A DNA stretch of 56,324 nucleotides from a virus (Duplodnaviria; Caudoviricetes). The stretch spans positions 1 through 56,324 of the IMG/VR virus record IMGVR_UViG_3300047369_000502; one strand, 5' to 3'. Below are positions 27,636 through 38,679 of the stretch, one piece after another; the first letter of the stretch is position 1, and every line of letters starts with the position of its first letter. The notes under the pieces were generated by a model. The model saw nothing but the letters and a program-made list of their open reading frames with translations, was not told the origin of the DNA and did not search any database. A program made the position numbers and the translations under genes.

Positions 27636-28592
27636 ATGCAATCAGTAAATCAACTTTTTACAGAGAAGTACAGACCTAAGAATTTAGAAGAGCTAATTCT
27701 ACCAGATAGAGTAATGTCTAAATTTAAAGATGGTTTAGTTCAAAATATGTTATTTGCAGGTTCACCGGGAACAGGTAAAACTTCAACAGCAAAGGCACTT
27801 GTTAATCAATTTGAATTACCGTATCTTTATATTAATGCTTCTACAGATACATCGGTTGATGTAATTAGAACTAGAATTACAGATTTTTGTTCTACTGTTT
27901 CTATTATGGATAAACCAGGTATGTTTAAAGTAGTAATTTTAGATGAGGTCGATGGAGTATCTGACCAATTCTTTAAAGCACTTCGTGCAACTATGGAAAC
28001 TTTTGCCAGTAATTCTAGATTTATTGCAACATGTAATTATATTAATAAATTACCCGATCCAATTCTTTCAAGATTTGAAGTTATTGATTTTGATTTTGAC
28101 AAAGAAGAAGAAACAGAATTAACTAAAAAGTATATTCGTAGAGTTTACGATATTTGTAACGGTGAAGATATGTCTATTGAAAAACCAGCTTTGGTTGAAT
28201 TTGTTAGACGTAATTTCCCAGATCTGAGATCGACTTTAAATAAATTACAAGGCTATAAAACACAAGGTACTTCTAATATCACAATAGAAGATGTTAAGAA
28301 ATTTAATTCAGTTTACAAAGACGTATTTGAATTAGTTTTTAATGAAACTGACCCTGCTAAAAATTACCAACTTTTAGTTAGTAATTACTCTAATAGAGTT
28401 GATGATGTTTTACAATCTTTAGGTGAAGAGTTTGTAGAATATATACAACAAGAACAATTGCAAAGTGTTAAAGACATTCCACAGATTATTATTTCTGTTG
28501 CTAAACACCAAGCTCAAAGAGTTCATGTTATAGACCCAGTAATTACAATGTTGAGTTGTGTTTATGAATTACAAAGTATTGTTAAAGGTTAA
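27636..28592 (+). CDS. Clamp loader AAA+ ATPase (T4 gp44/RFC small subunit-like)
   Basis: EKYRP, GSPGTGKT, INAS, ILDEVD, TCNY, SRF, PDLR. Confidence 0.93.
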   Translation: MQSVNQLFTEKYRPKNLEELILPDRVMSKFKDGLVQNMLFAGSPGTGKTSTAKALVNQFELPYLYINASTDTSVDVIRTRITDFCSTVSIMDKPGMFKVVILDEVDGVSDQFFKALRATMETFASNSRFIATCNYINKLPDPILSRFEVIDFDFDKEEETELTKKYIRRVYDICNGEDMSIEKPALVEFVRRNFPDLRSTLNKLQGYKTQGTSNITIEDVKKFNSVYKDVFELVFNETDPAKNYQLLVSNYSNRVDDVLQSLGEEFVEYIQQEQLQSVKDIPQIIISVAKHQAQRVHVIDPVITMLSCVYELQSIVKG

Positions 28593-28614
28593 AATAAACA
28601 GCAAATAATTTTAC

Positions 28615-28640
28615 CATGTCAATTATTTTTAGTATATTGG
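28615..28640 (+). promoter_or_regulatory. Early-type promoter ATGTCA-N10-GTATATTNG
   Basis: CATGTCA 28615-21, GTATATTGG 28632-40. Confidence 0.55.
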
Positions 28641-28663
28641 CTAAGTAATAAGAATCATAAGAT

Positions 28664-29923
28664 ATGAAAGTGGGAAAACATACACTACTAATAGACGGAA
28701 ACTACTTTGTATTTAGTAGATTATTCGTCTTACCTAAGCCAAAAAATGGCCAAAAATTGTTAGGTGACGACAAACAAAAGTCACAATTTATGCGTAAGTT
28801 ATCTATTGACTTTGCTTCAGAAATGCGCAAGCTTAAAATGTTTGTAGATGATGTTGTATTGACAGTAGATTCTAAATCATGGAGAAAAGACCTATATCCA
28901 GAAGCGGAATATAAAGGTACAAGAAAACAAAGCTCTAACGTAGATTGGACTGCAGTCTATGGTGTATATGAAGAATTTCAAAAAATTCTAGCATCACATG
29001 GTGTTACAGTACATCAAATCCAAGGTGCAGAAGCAGATGATGTTATCTTTGGTTGGTCTACTGCTCTTAATAATAGAGGTAAATCATGTATTGTTTGGTC
29101 AGGAGATAGAGACCTTATTCAATTAGTTAATTATTCTAATACAAATGACGCACACACTATTTGGTATTACAATACTAGAAAGTCATTGTATGGATATCAA
29201 GGTTTTGAACAAGACATGATTACTTCAGCTGCATCTGAAATGACTAATGAAGATATGTTATTTAACATGGGTGGCGAACACATGTCTAGAGACCAATATC
29301 AAAATAATATTTTAGGTTGGGTTCAAGCAAATAAAATTGGCATTACTGAAATAGACTGTGATGAGTTTATCTTTAAGAAAATTCTAGTCGGTGATAAATC
29401 AGATAATATCCCATCTGTTGTTACTTGGCAAAAAGAAATGAAAAGTGGTAAACTAAGAACATATTCAATTACTGATAAAATGGCTGATACCATTTACACA
29501 CAGTTTATTAAAGAGTTTGATAACTTTACTATTGATTATCTATTTAATAGTGAATATAAAGATAAATTAGCAGATGTTGTTTATAGAGTTGTTGGTCATA
29601 GTAATATTGGCCTAATTAAGATTGCTATTCAGAATAATATTTCATTAATGTTATTGCACGTTAAAACAATTCCAGACCCGATTCAAAAGGCTATTTATGA
29701 GTCTATAGAAAGAGATTGGGAAGGTGCATTAGATAATATAGATAATGTAATGGATATGGAGAAAATCCTAAAGGGCACAGCCTGGTTAAACAAGGAAGCT
29801 TCGTTCGGACCAGATGCATTTGCAGGTATGGATATTCCATCTGAAGAAAATAAATCACCTATTAAATTAGTTGGTAAAAAAACAAAAACGGAAGAAAAAC
29901 CAAAATCTAAGAAGTTATTCTAA
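28664..29923 (+). CDS. rnh: 5'-3' exonuclease/RNase H (T4 Rnh, FEN-like)
   Basis: LLIDGN, SWRK..YP.YKGTRK, EADDVI, SGDRDLIQL, GDKSDNIP. Confidence 0.9.
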   Translation: MKVGKHTLLIDGNYFVFSRLFVLPKPKNGQKLLGDDKQKSQFMRKLSIDFASEMRKLKMFVDDVVLTVDSKSWRKDLYPEAEYKGTRKQSSNVDWTAVYGVYEEFQKILASHGVTVHQIQGAEADDVIFGWSTALNNRGKSCIVWSGDRDLIQLVNYSNTNDAHTIWYYNTRKSLYGYQGFEQDMITSAASEMTNEDMLFNMGGEHMSRDQYQNNILGWVQANKIGITEIDCDEFIFKKILVGDKSDNIPSVVTWQKEMKSGKLRTYSITDKMADTIYTQFIKEFDNFTIDYLFNSEYKDKLADVVYRVVGHSNIGLIKIAIQNNISLMLLHVKTIPDPIQKAIYESIERDWEGALDNIDNVMDMEKILKGTAWLNKEASFGPDAFAGMDIPSEENKSPIKLVGKKTKTEEKPKSKKLF

Positions 29924-30093
29924 TGAGTATACCAGAATTAAGTATAGAAAAACAAATAGAAGAAATTATTGAAGAGGCCAAAGCACATGGCCTACATTTA
30001 GAGGTAATAGATGCTGCTAGAAAAAGTATCGACCAAGGTGACGTAGATATTTTACAAGCATATGTCGCAGCCTTTGACGAATGGATTAAGTAA
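29923..30093 (+). CDS. Hypothetical protein (56 aa, not in ORF track)
   Basis: TAATG coupling to rnh; MSIPELSIEKQIEEIIEEAKAHGL...FDEWIK. Confidence 0.7.
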   Translation: MSIPELSIEKQIEEIIEEAKAHGLHLEVIDAARKSIDQGDVDILQAYVAAFDEWIK

Positions 30094-30122
30094 ACATTAA
30101 TCAACTTTCACATATAATTAAT

Positions 30123-30551
30123 ATGCTAGACGAGACTAAATTATTTGATTTCGTAAAAATCATGTTTACGAAAAGACCTCTTTATTCTAAAATTAAGAAT
30201 CATAATAAAAAGAGACATCATTTTATGATTAATAGATTTTTTGCTATTAAATTTCCATCTAATGCCAATTTATTTAATGTAAATGGAATTAACGGTGCAA
30301 ATGTAGTAGAATCTTGGGCAATGGTAGCTCAGCGATTTAAGTCTGTTCCAGGATGGTTTTATACTAAAACTAAAAAGGCACAGAAAAAACAAAAGGATAA
30401 ATATATTCCAGGAGAAAAGGCAATTCAATTGTTCTTAGATAAGAATGAAATTGGTATGAGAGAGTTTGAAGAATTAAAACACTTTGCCAAAGATGAGCTT
30501 TACTCTGATTTACAAAAAATCGAAGAGCAAATAGATGTCTACAGAAATTAA
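30123..30551 (+). CDS. Probable clamp loader small subunit (T4 gp62-like)
   Basis: LFDFV...FMINRFFA...ANLFN...W..K pattern; size; near gp44; TAAAC-N17-TATAA promoter at 30091-30117. Confidence 0.55.
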   Translation: MLDETKLFDFVKIMFTKRPLYSKIKNHNKKRHHFMINRFFAIKFPSNANLFNVNGINGANVVESWAMVAQRFKSVPGWFYTKTKKAQKKQKDKYIPGEKAIQLFLDKNEIGMREFEELKHFAKDELYSDLQKIEEQIDVYRN

Positions 30552-31185
30552 AGATAGTTTTACAGAGATAGTTGATATTACACTTTACAAATACAATTCA
30601 ATTGATTTAAAATTGTGGGGTATAATGTCAAGAGACGGTGCAATAAGACGCGCAGGCGACGATGCATTGTTAATTCATGCAAATAGACTTAACTCCTTTC
30701 TATTAAAATATTTTAGAACAGATATAAATAGATTTCAATCTGTAAGTGATGTAACTATTCATAAAGAGGCAACTTCTATTTACTTTTTATATCAGTCGCT
30801 ACAAACAATGCCTAATTTAACTTGGATTAAATGTAATTTAAATAAAAATTCAAGTTACAATAGAATTGTAAATGTAGACCAAATTAAAACGATTAAATAC
30901 AGTATTAAAATTCTTAGAGGTAGTTTAAGATTATTTGACATATTCAATGAACATGAAATGGAATTGGCTAATAAAATTTTAGCTAATTGTGGACTTTTAA
31001 AAGAAAATGAACATTATTTAGTAGTTAAAGTAAAAAAGTTTCTAAATATATTAGATGTATATTTGTCTGAAAATAATACAGCTGAGCTTTTTACTATTTT
31101 AAATGTCATGATTCAAACTCTAGAACCATATGAACCTGATGACCCAGAAATGTATTTAATCACTGACAGAAAGTCAGATATATAA
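30535..31185 (+). CDS. Hypothetical protein
   Basis: 216-aa ORF overlapping the upstream gene. Confidence 0.7.
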   Translation: MSTEIKDSFTEIVDITLYKYNSIDLKLWGIMSRDGAIRRAGDDALLIHANRLNSFLLKYFRTDINRFQSVSDVTIHKEATSIYFLYQSLQTMPNLTWIKCNLNKNSSYNRIVNVDQIKTIKYSIKILRGSLRLFDIFNEHEMELANKILANCGLLKENEHYLVVKVKKFLNILDVYLSENNTAELFTILNVMIQTLEPYEPDDPEMYLITDRKSDI

Positions 31186-31216
31186 ATAAAAATAAGACGT
31201 TGCGTCATCAAATTTA

Positions 31217-33187
31217 ATGGTAAATAACTTTACAGCCGATGAGATCGGTGATATTCTTTTTGCTAGATTAGTAGAACCATATCAAAATGTAACTGGGATT
31301 AATTCTTGGTCTGTTTTAGTAGGTCTAAGTAATCCAAATACAGTTGGTGGATTAACAATGGTTGGTGGTACCAATTCGGTTTTTGGTATAAACACAAATC
31401 TTAATTTAGCATCAGGGGATAAATTTATAGTTGTAAATCATGTTTTAACAGTAGATAACGTAATTTCTCCAACTGAATTTACAATAGTTGAGCCAGCACC
31501 CTTTACAGCAGAAAATATAGAATTTTATTTAACTCCAGACCCAAATAATCAATTTGAAATGGAGTTTAGATGGTCTCAAAATCCATTAGATTCAGATGGA
31601 GGCCAAATGTCAGAATTAAGGCCTTTGAATATAGGTGCAGGGCCTAGAGATATTTTAGGTTTAACTTTTGACGGAACTAAACCTCTTTGGATAGATTTAA
31701 AATTTACAGTAGATAGATTGTCTTCTTTAAGTAGTTTAACTTTAATATCTACAGAGTTTGAAGTGGAACAAGTAGATGGTACAATTGAATCATGTCCTCA
31801 GTTTTGTACAGATTGTGTAGACCCTTATTTAGCAAATGGGTGTGCAAATATAGTAGCAGAATGTACTGATGCTATGTGGAACCCATATGATTTAGCAAAA
31901 CCATCTAAGATTTACTCTCAAATAAGTGATATTTCTACAGAAATGTGGGGTCATCCTGTTAAATATTTTAGAGTAGAGCCTGATAAAAGATCGAGTGATG
32001 TGATTTTGATGGAATATTCACTATATAATGTAAAAGAACAGGGCGAGTTTAAAATCATGGTACCGGATAACGCTATGCCAGAACAAACGTTCCAATATGA
32101 TATTTTTGGAATGGGCTTTGAAGATTTTGAAATTCATATTACTAAAACTCAATTTGAATCTGCGTTTGGACCTAATTTAAGTCCAATAAGCAGAGATTAT
32201 CTTTATTTTCCATTAATGAATAGAATGTATGAAGTAAGTTCAGTTGCCTTTGCAGATGAATTTAATATGGACATGACATATTGGAGAGTATTACTTAAAA
32301 AATATGAAGAGCGTACAAGTACTTTATTTAATTCAGGTGACCCTTCTAATGATGCTATTTTAGAATCAGAATTAGATGATTTAACAACAGGTGTTGAAGA
32401 AGTTTTTGGAGAAGAAATTAAAAAAGAATATCAACAAACCTCAAAACCAGAACAATATCAAACTGTATTTACACCAGTCGGTGATGGTATTAGAGATAGA
32501 ATTCATAATCAACTTTTAATTTCTGATAAACAAATAAGAAACAAGTGGACTATTATTAGTAAAAATTTCTATGATTTAAGCACTATCAAAGATTTAGGCA
32601 TAGAAGCGTTAGTTTACAAAAGAGCTTCAAAACTTTCAACTAGTGAAAATTTAGCAGTAACGCTTTGGTTTAGACCTAATTTTACATCAAATATTGGGCA
32701 GCAAACACTTATTAGTGGTAAAGTTGGTAACGAAGGTTTAGAAATATCAACAAATCAATCTGAAATAAACATTAAAATTAATTCAGATATACAATCATAT
32801 AATTTTGATTCTCCTTTAGAAAATGGAACATGGTATGGTTTAGTATTTAATCTAAACAATAAATATGGGTCGATGAATACAAATTTATATAGATTAGACC
32901 CAATGAATAATTGGCAAACTGCTAATTCAACACAAGAAACTATTACAAGTGTATTAAACCAAACACACGATTACAATTTACCATATAATTGGAATACTAG
33001 TAAACAATGGTCACTTATGCCAGGTAAATTAGAAATGACTAATGTTAGATTATTCTCTAAGGTAATAGAATCAGAACAACATGTTAATATTCTTCAACAA
33101 TATGTTGTTAGAGATAATCATCTTGCTAAAATCATAGATAATGCAATTCCTTCTATTCAATTAAGAAGGTATAATCAAAACAGGTAA
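31217..33187 (+). CDS. Neck protein (T4 gp14-like core) with extra N-terminal beta-rich and C-terminal LamG/concanavalin-like domains
   Basis: EMWGHPVKYF...DVILME...FGMGF...P..RDYLYFPLMNRMYEV parallels gp14; C-terminal AVTLWFRP...GTWYGLVF...NVRLF. Confidence 0.7.
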   Translation: MVNNFTADEIGDILFARLVEPYQNVTGINSWSVLVGLSNPNTVGGLTMVGGTNSVFGINTNLNLASGDKFIVVNHVLTVDNVISPTEFTIVEPAPFTAENIEFYLTPDPNNQFEMEFRWSQNPLDSDGGQMSELRPLNIGAGPRDILGLTFDGTKPLWIDLKFTVDRLSSLSSLTLISTEFEVEQVDGTIESCPQFCTDCVDPYLANGCANIVAECTDAMWNPYDLAKPSKIYSQISDISTEMWGHPVKYFRVEPDKRSSDVILMEYSLYNVKEQGEFKIMVPDNAMPEQTFQYDIFGMGFEDFEIHITKTQFESAFGPNLSPISRDYLYFPLMNRMYEVSSVAFADEFNMDMTYWRVLLKKYEERTSTLFNSGDPSNDAILESELDDLTTGVEEVFGEEIKKEYQQTSKPEQYQTVFTPVGDGIRDRIHNQLLISDKQIRNKWTIISKNFYDLSTIKDLGIEALVYKRASKLSTSENLAVTLWFRPNFTSNIGQQTLISGKVGNEGLEISTNQSEINIKINSDIQSYNFDSPLENGTWYGLVFNLNNKYGSMNTNLYRLDPMNNWQTANSTQETITSVLNQTHDYNLPYNWNTSKQWSLMPGKLEMTNVRLFSKVIESEQHVNILQQYVVRDNHLAKIIDNAIPSIQLRRYNQNR

Positions 33188-33249
33188 CAATTTTTGACTA
33201 AATTTGTTACAAGTATTTTTCTTAGATATATAGAATATAATATAATAAT

Positions 33250-33921
33250 ATGAGCGAAGAAAACAATAAGAAACGAACTATTTCTGAACAAGCAGATGAG
33301 ATTCGTAAAGAATTGGACGATTTAATAGGTGATAATACACTAGATGTTGAAAGCGATCCTCGAGATTTACCTATAAAATCTCGTCCAACAGATATGGCTC
33401 CGATCGTCAATTATACTGAATTAAAATCAGGTGCAACTAAAAAGGCACAAAAGACAATTACCAGTTTAATGAAGTTTTATTTAGATGCAGATATCATTGA
33501 AAAGGATGAATATATTGCAGCCAAAAAGAAAATGGACGAAATGACAATGTCTTCTTTAATTTATCAATTACAAGCAGGTGAAAAGGCATTGACTACTCTT
33601 TTAGAAACTATTGATTCTGGTGAATTAGCTCCAAGAATGTTTGAGGTTCTTGCAACTTTACAAAAATCAATGTTAGATATAATTAAATCTCAAACAATGT
33701 ATTTAATGGCAGCTGAAGAATCTACTAAAAGAATTGCTAGAGATATTGAAATCTATAAAAAGAGAGAAGATACTAGAGAAATTGAAGAGGCAGGCGGTTC
33801 AACTGAAAATAAAAATATTCAAAGAGGGACAAAGGATTTAATGGCTGCAATTCAAGCAGGAATTAATGGTGGAACTACTGAAGAGGATGATATAGAGGAC
33901 GTAGAAGCAGAAGAAAACTAA
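33250..33921 (+). CDS. Terminase small subunit (gp16-like)
   Basis: APRMFEVLATLQK motif and GTKDLM; directly upstream of terL. Confidence 0.75.
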   Translation: MSEENNKKRTISEQADEIRKELDDLIGDNTLDVESDPRDLPIKSRPTDMAPIVNYTELKSGATKKAQKTITSLMKFYLDADIIEKDEYIAAKKKMDEMTMSSLIYQLQAGEKALTTLLETIDSGELAPRMFEVLATLQKSMLDIIKSQTMYLMAAEESTKRIARDIEIYKKREDTREIEEAGGSTENKNIQRGTKDLMAAIQAGINGGTTEEDDIEDVEAEEN

Positions 33922-33924
33922 TAA

Positions 33925-35751
33925 ATGAGCGATTACGTAGGAGATAATAAATGGATTCCAAAGGATGAAACTGAGGTTGCATCAGAAAGAATCGTGTGGT
34001 CAACAAAGCAAGTTAATGACTTGTTATTGGCTATGGACCAAGGTTTTAGACCTAAGGTTGCCATGCCCTTTTATGAAGGTAAACAATTTTTACGTAAAGG
34101 TAATATAGTTTTTGAATACACAGACGAAGAAGTTGCAGAATTAGCTAGATGTGCAACAGATATTGTATATTTTGCAGAAAAGTATGCAGTAGTTATGACC
34201 GATAACGGCATTCAACAAGTAAAGTTAAGAGATTATCAAAAAAAAATGTTAAGAAACTTTCAACATGAAAGATTTAACATTGTACTAGCTTCTCGTCAAA
34301 TGGGTAAAACAGTTACTGCCAGTATTTTTAATGCATGGTATTTAACTTTTAATACAGATAAGAATACACTTCTTTTAGCTAACAAATCTGATTCAACTAA
34401 AGAAATTATTGATAAAGCAAAAACGGTTGTAGAAAATCTTCCATTTTTTATGAAACCTGGTATTATCAAATATGATGTGATGAACGTAAGATGTGATAAT
34501 GGTTGTCGTTTGATGGGTCAATCAACTACTGCAAAATCAGGTATTGGTTTTACGATTCATAATTTATATCTTGATGAGTTTGCCCATATACACCCTTCTA
34601 TTGCCGATTCATTTTATGAAAACGTATATCCTACACTGTCGGCTTCTAAGGTTTCTAGAATTACAATTACATCAACACCAAATGGATTCAATAAATTTTA
34701 CGAAATATACGCAGCAGCAGATAGAGGCGATAATGAATATCATGCTATGCGTATCGACTGGTGGGAACATCCTGACAGAGACGACGCATGGTACCAAAGA
34801 GAACTTGGAAACCTAGGTTCTATTGAAGCATTTAATAAACAATATGGTAATGAATTCGTTTCAAGTTCTAATTTACTATTAGACCCAGTAGATATGAAAA
34901 AAATGAGAAAAAGAATGAAAGACTATGTCTATCATGATTTTGAAGAATTTGAAAATATATCAATTGACGTTGAAGGCCATTTAAAATGGAGACCTGATTT
35001 TGATACAGAAGATACAAAGAATAAACAAAAGTTTTGGTTATTTTCTGTAGATATTGCTGAAGGAAACGGAGGAGACGCATCCGTAATCAATATTTTTGAA
35101 ATATCACCTATGAATAAAACTGAAATAGAAAATTCAATTAATCCTGGTGCAATGTATGATTTTTTTAAATTCGAACAAGTAGCGTGCTTTAGATCGAACG
35201 AACATGTAATAGAAGATTTTGCTAAAGTATTATATACATTATCTGTTGATTTATTTTATTCAGAGAATGTAAAAATGATTGTAGAATATAACACATACGG
35301 TTCTGTATTGTTTCAATATTTAAAATCTGTTTTTCCACAAAGAAACGACTTTGATGATGAAATGGTAGTTAAATTTAGGCATCGTCACGATTCTAAAACT
35401 TTAAAACCAGGAATTAAAATTAAATCAGATAATAAAGCTATATTTTGTCAGAATTTTGCTAAACTTTACAAGATAAATAGATTAGATTTAACACACGATG
35501 AAACTATCAGCGAAGCTAGTTTATTTGGTGCTTTACCTAGAGGTGGTTATGGTGCACAAATGGGTAACGACGATATAATCATGACAGTGATTAGTTCTAC
35601 TGAATTTTTTAACACAACGGATTATGCAGATTTTGTAGAAGAGTTATTAGATTTTATAGAACCAGACATACATGACGTAATGGAAAAAGTACTATATAAA
35701 GACAATGCAACTGACGGAGATTTACAATATGACATTTATGACTTGATATAA
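33925..35751 (+). CDS. terL: Terminase large subunit (gp17-like)
   Basis: LRDYQ, SRQMGKT, LDEFAH, TSTPNG, VDIAEG.GGD, DDIIM. Confidence 0.95.
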   Translation: MSDYVGDNKWIPKDETEVASERIVWSTKQVNDLLLAMDQGFRPKVAMPFYEGKQFLRKGNIVFEYTDEEVAELARCATDIVYFAEKYAVVMTDNGIQQVKLRDYQKKMLRNFQHERFNIVLASRQMGKTVTASIFNAWYLTFNTDKNTLLLANKSDSTKEIIDKAKTVVENLPFFMKPGIIKYDVMNVRCDNGCRLMGQSTTAKSGIGFTIHNLYLDEFAHIHPSIADSFYENVYPTLSASKVSRITITSTPNGFNKFYEIYAAADRGDNEYHAMRIDWWEHPDRDDAWYQRELGNLGSIEAFNKQYGNEFVSSSNLLLDPVDMKKMRKRMKDYVYHDFEEFENISIDVEGHLKWRPDFDTEDTKNKQKFWLFSVDIAEGNGGDASVINIFEISPMNKTEIENSINPGAMYDFFKFEQVACFRSNEHVIEDFAKVLYTLSVDLFYSENVKMIVEYNTYGSVLFQYLKSVFPQRNDFDDEMVVKFRHRHDSKTLKPGIKIKSDNKAIFCQNFAKLYKINRLDLTHDETISEASLFGALPRGGYGAQMGNDDIIMTVISSTEFFNTTDYADFVEELLDFIEPDIHDVMEKVLYKDNATDGDLQYDIYDLI

Positions 35752-35812
35752 ATAAATTCGAGATTTAGAATAGATATATAATAAAAGAACAAAAAAATAA
35801 AATAGAACAACT

Positions 35813-38641
35813 ATGGCATTAAGTCCTCAATTACAACAGTTCAAGAGCTCAGGCGTATATCGTCTAGAGTTTGACAAATCACAGACGGTTAATATCCCTG
35901 CTGAAACTATTAGATTGGTTGTTGGTAGATCGAAAAAAGGTCCATACAACATCCCAGTTTACATTGAAAATGTTGAGCAATTTACTCAAATTTTCGGCGG
36001 AATTGACAAGTCATTAGAGAAAAAAGGAATGTACTTCCACAGATCGGCAATTGAAACTCTTTCAAGAGGGCCAATTTTAGCGCTTAATTTAACGATTGCT
36101 GATACTGCAGATAGAGTTGCTTTAGTTTCTCCAGCTACAAACTCTTCTCAAGAAGGTTTAAGCGATATTCCACAAAGCGTACAATACAGTTCAGTATTTG
36201 ACACTGATAAATTCTGGGTTCCTTCAGATTTAAAAGTATTGCAATCTGCAAACAACACTGAATCTTCTTCAAATAACGCAATTTCTTTTGTAAATATCAA
36301 ACAAGACCCGATTACTATTATCGTAAGACAAGCTGCTAACACAGCTGGTTTTGAAATGACAGCAAGAGAATGGTACGGAGAAGCAAACATTCCAGAAGGT
36401 ATCGATCCTTTAGAATACGTATCAGATTACATGGTAGATGTTTTCATCTTCAAAGGTAAATTTGATGCAAGCGAATTAAATAACGATCCAACATATGGTG
36501 GAATGTTTACATCTCAAGGTCTATTAAGATCTGAATTAGCTAAATTTACTAATTTAAGAGAAGTATCATTATTGGCACAATATTCTGGTTCATTAATTCC
36601 TGAATTTATGGATAATGAAGGTCGTCAATTATACATTGAAACTTTAATTAACATAGAAGCAAGAAGAACAGGTTTATTCTGTGCAGTTAACGAAGATGCT
36701 TTATCACAAATTGATTTAGTAGGTAACGGATTTAACATATATCAAGATTATCAACTACTTTCACATAGAGTTAATCAAGCTATATCACCTAACACAGTTG
36801 CTAATTTAAATAAAGTTGTAGAAATTAATGGTTCTTCATTAACTATTAAAGATTACGACGGCACAGGAGTTAGTGCAGATATTTTAGTAGGAAGCTGGTT
36901 TGTTTCAGCAGTAGACGGTGAGTATGTACAAGTTACAGATATCGATTTAGTAGGTTCTGATACAGTTTATACATTATCAGGTGCAGCAGACGTTTCAATT
37001 TACGAAAATTATTCACAAGCAGGACAAGTAGCTGCAGAGTTTGGTGCTAGTGTGCCAGTAACAGTTAACGCAGAAGGTGTTATCATTGTTGATACTGCAA
37101 CTATTACAGCTAACGGCTTATCAGGTAAGTTCTTAAAGAGTACTAACTCAGGAGAATTTGTTGAAGTAGGTATTATTACTGAAAATGTTGATTACAACGG
37201 TACTTTGAAAACTGAAATCAACCCAGTTGGTGCAGTTGGATTCGATGCAACAGAATATACTGGTAACTTATCAACTATTTTACCATTCGTACACGTTGCA
37301 ACTGAAGACTTTGTACAATATGACATTTCAGCAAATGACAGAGCAGTAATGTTCCCAGCAGGTGGCGGTGCATATACACACAACAATACTTCAGCTGGAG
37401 AATTTACTTTCACTGTAGCTACAGCATCAGATGTCTTTGACTGGTCAACCATCAAAGTTGGTATGTATGTAAAAGCAGACGGAGGCAAAGCTGCAAGAAT
37501 TAAAAGAATCAAAAAAGAAACAGTTGGTGATAACACAATTTATAGATTTAGTGTTTCTAGACATATTATTGACAAACCATTATATGCTCTTAAGAGATAT
37601 GAAGAATCTACGTCAACATATACTATGTTCCCATTAGATGGTGCAACTCAATCTGAGAAAACTATCAAAGAATTATTAGATGCAATGATTCCGGGTACAG
37701 GTTTAGCAAATACATTAATTGACAAAGACGCAATTACATTTAGATACATCATTGACACATTCGGTTCATTAGGCCAAGGCGGTACAATCTTAAACAAAGA
37801 GCAATTATCGCAACTTTGTAAAGAAAGACAAAACGCTTCAGCTATCTTAAACGCACCGATGGTTAAAGAATTTAAAGCTGCAACTAATCCTTCATTCTTA
37901 GACTCACAAGGTGTGTTCCAAGCAAGATTAGTTTCAACTGGAGGTAATTTAGACCTTAACCCTGATGCAATCTACACATTACCTTCTATCAATGAAGGCG
38001 CAAACTACGGATTCTACTATGGTCCTGGTCTTAATGTGTTAGAAAATGGTAGAGTTAAAGTAATTCCACCAGCAGCTTACGTATCTAACAATTATATCGA
38101 CAAATATTTAGACGCATTACCATGGTCAATCATCGCAGGCCCAAGAAGAGGTGTTGTAGGTGGTACAGGTGTACAAGGTCTAGAATTTGCATTCGATAAA
38201 TCAGATAGAGATTTCTTAGAGCCATTTGGTTACAACCCAATCGTTTTCGAAAGAGGCGTTGGTTTAACAATCAAAGGTAATAAGACTGCACAGCAAGGAA
38301 TTCAATCAGCATTGTCTTCAGCTCACGTAAGAGAAGCAATGATTTACATTGAAGACGGTTTAGCAGAAATCTTAAAGAACTACTTATTCGAGTTTAACAA
38401 TGCTCAAACGAGATTAGAGATTAAAACTTTAGCAGATTCATTTATGGAATCAGTGAAAAAGGACGGAGGTGTTTACGACTATAGAAACATTATGGACGGT
38501 ACAAACAACACTAACGAGGTAATCGATAATAATATGGGTATTTTAGATACATTTGTTGAGCCAGTTAAAGGTCTTGAAATCTTAGTATCGAGAGTAACAA
38601 TCTTAAATACTGGAGAAATCGCAACTGGAAACTTCGCATAA
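35813..38641 (+). CDS. Contractile tail sheath protein (gp18-like) with large inserted domains
   Basis: SSGVY..EFD.S, GPYN.P, PW...AGPRRG, YNPI, GNKT, YLFEFN. Confidence 0.92.
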   Translation: MALSPQLQQFKSSGVYRLEFDKSQTVNIPAETIRLVVGRSKKGPYNIPVYIENVEQFTQIFGGIDKSLEKKGMYFHRSAIETLSRGPILALNLTIADTADRVALVSPATNSSQEGLSDIPQSVQYSSVFDTDKFWVPSDLKVLQSANNTESSSNNAISFVNIKQDPITIIVRQAANTAGFEMTAREWYGEANIPEGIDPLEYVSDYMVDVFIFKGKFDASELNNDPTYGGMFTSQGLLRSELAKFTNLREVSLLAQYSGSLIPEFMDNEGRQLYIETLINIEARRTGLFCAVNEDALSQIDLVGNGFNIYQDYQLLSHRVNQAISPNTVANLNKVVEINGSSLTIKDYDGTGVSADILVGSWFVSAVDGEYVQVTDIDLVGSDTVYTLSGAADVSIYENYSQAGQVAAEFGASVPVTVNAEGVIIVDTATITANGLSGKFLKSTNSGEFVEVGIITENVDYNGTLKTEINPVGAVGFDATEYTGNLSTILPFVHVATEDFVQYDISANDRAVMFPAGGGAYTHNNTSAGEFTFTVATASDVFDWSTIKVGMYVKADGGKAARIKRIKKETVGDNTIYRFSVSRHIIDKPLYALKRYEESTSTYTMFPLDGATQSEKTIKELLDAMIPGTGLANTLIDKDAITFRYIIDTFGSLGQGGTILNKEQLSQLCKERQNASAILNAPMVKEFKAATNPSFLDSQGVFQARLVSTGGNLDLNPDAIYTLPSINEGANYGFYYGPGLNVLENGRVKVIPPAAYVSNNYIDKYLDALPWSIIAGPRRGVVGGTGVQGLEFAFDKSDRDFLEPFGYNPIVFERGVGLTIKGNKTAQQGIQSALSSAHVREAMIYIEDGLAEILKNYLFEFNNAQTRLEIKTLADSFMESVKKDGGVYDYRNIMDGTNNTNEVIDNNMGILDTFVEPVKGLEILVSRVTILNTGEIATGNFA

Positions 38642-38679
38642 TAAAAACAGATATATAAATAAAATAAGAAATTAAAGAT

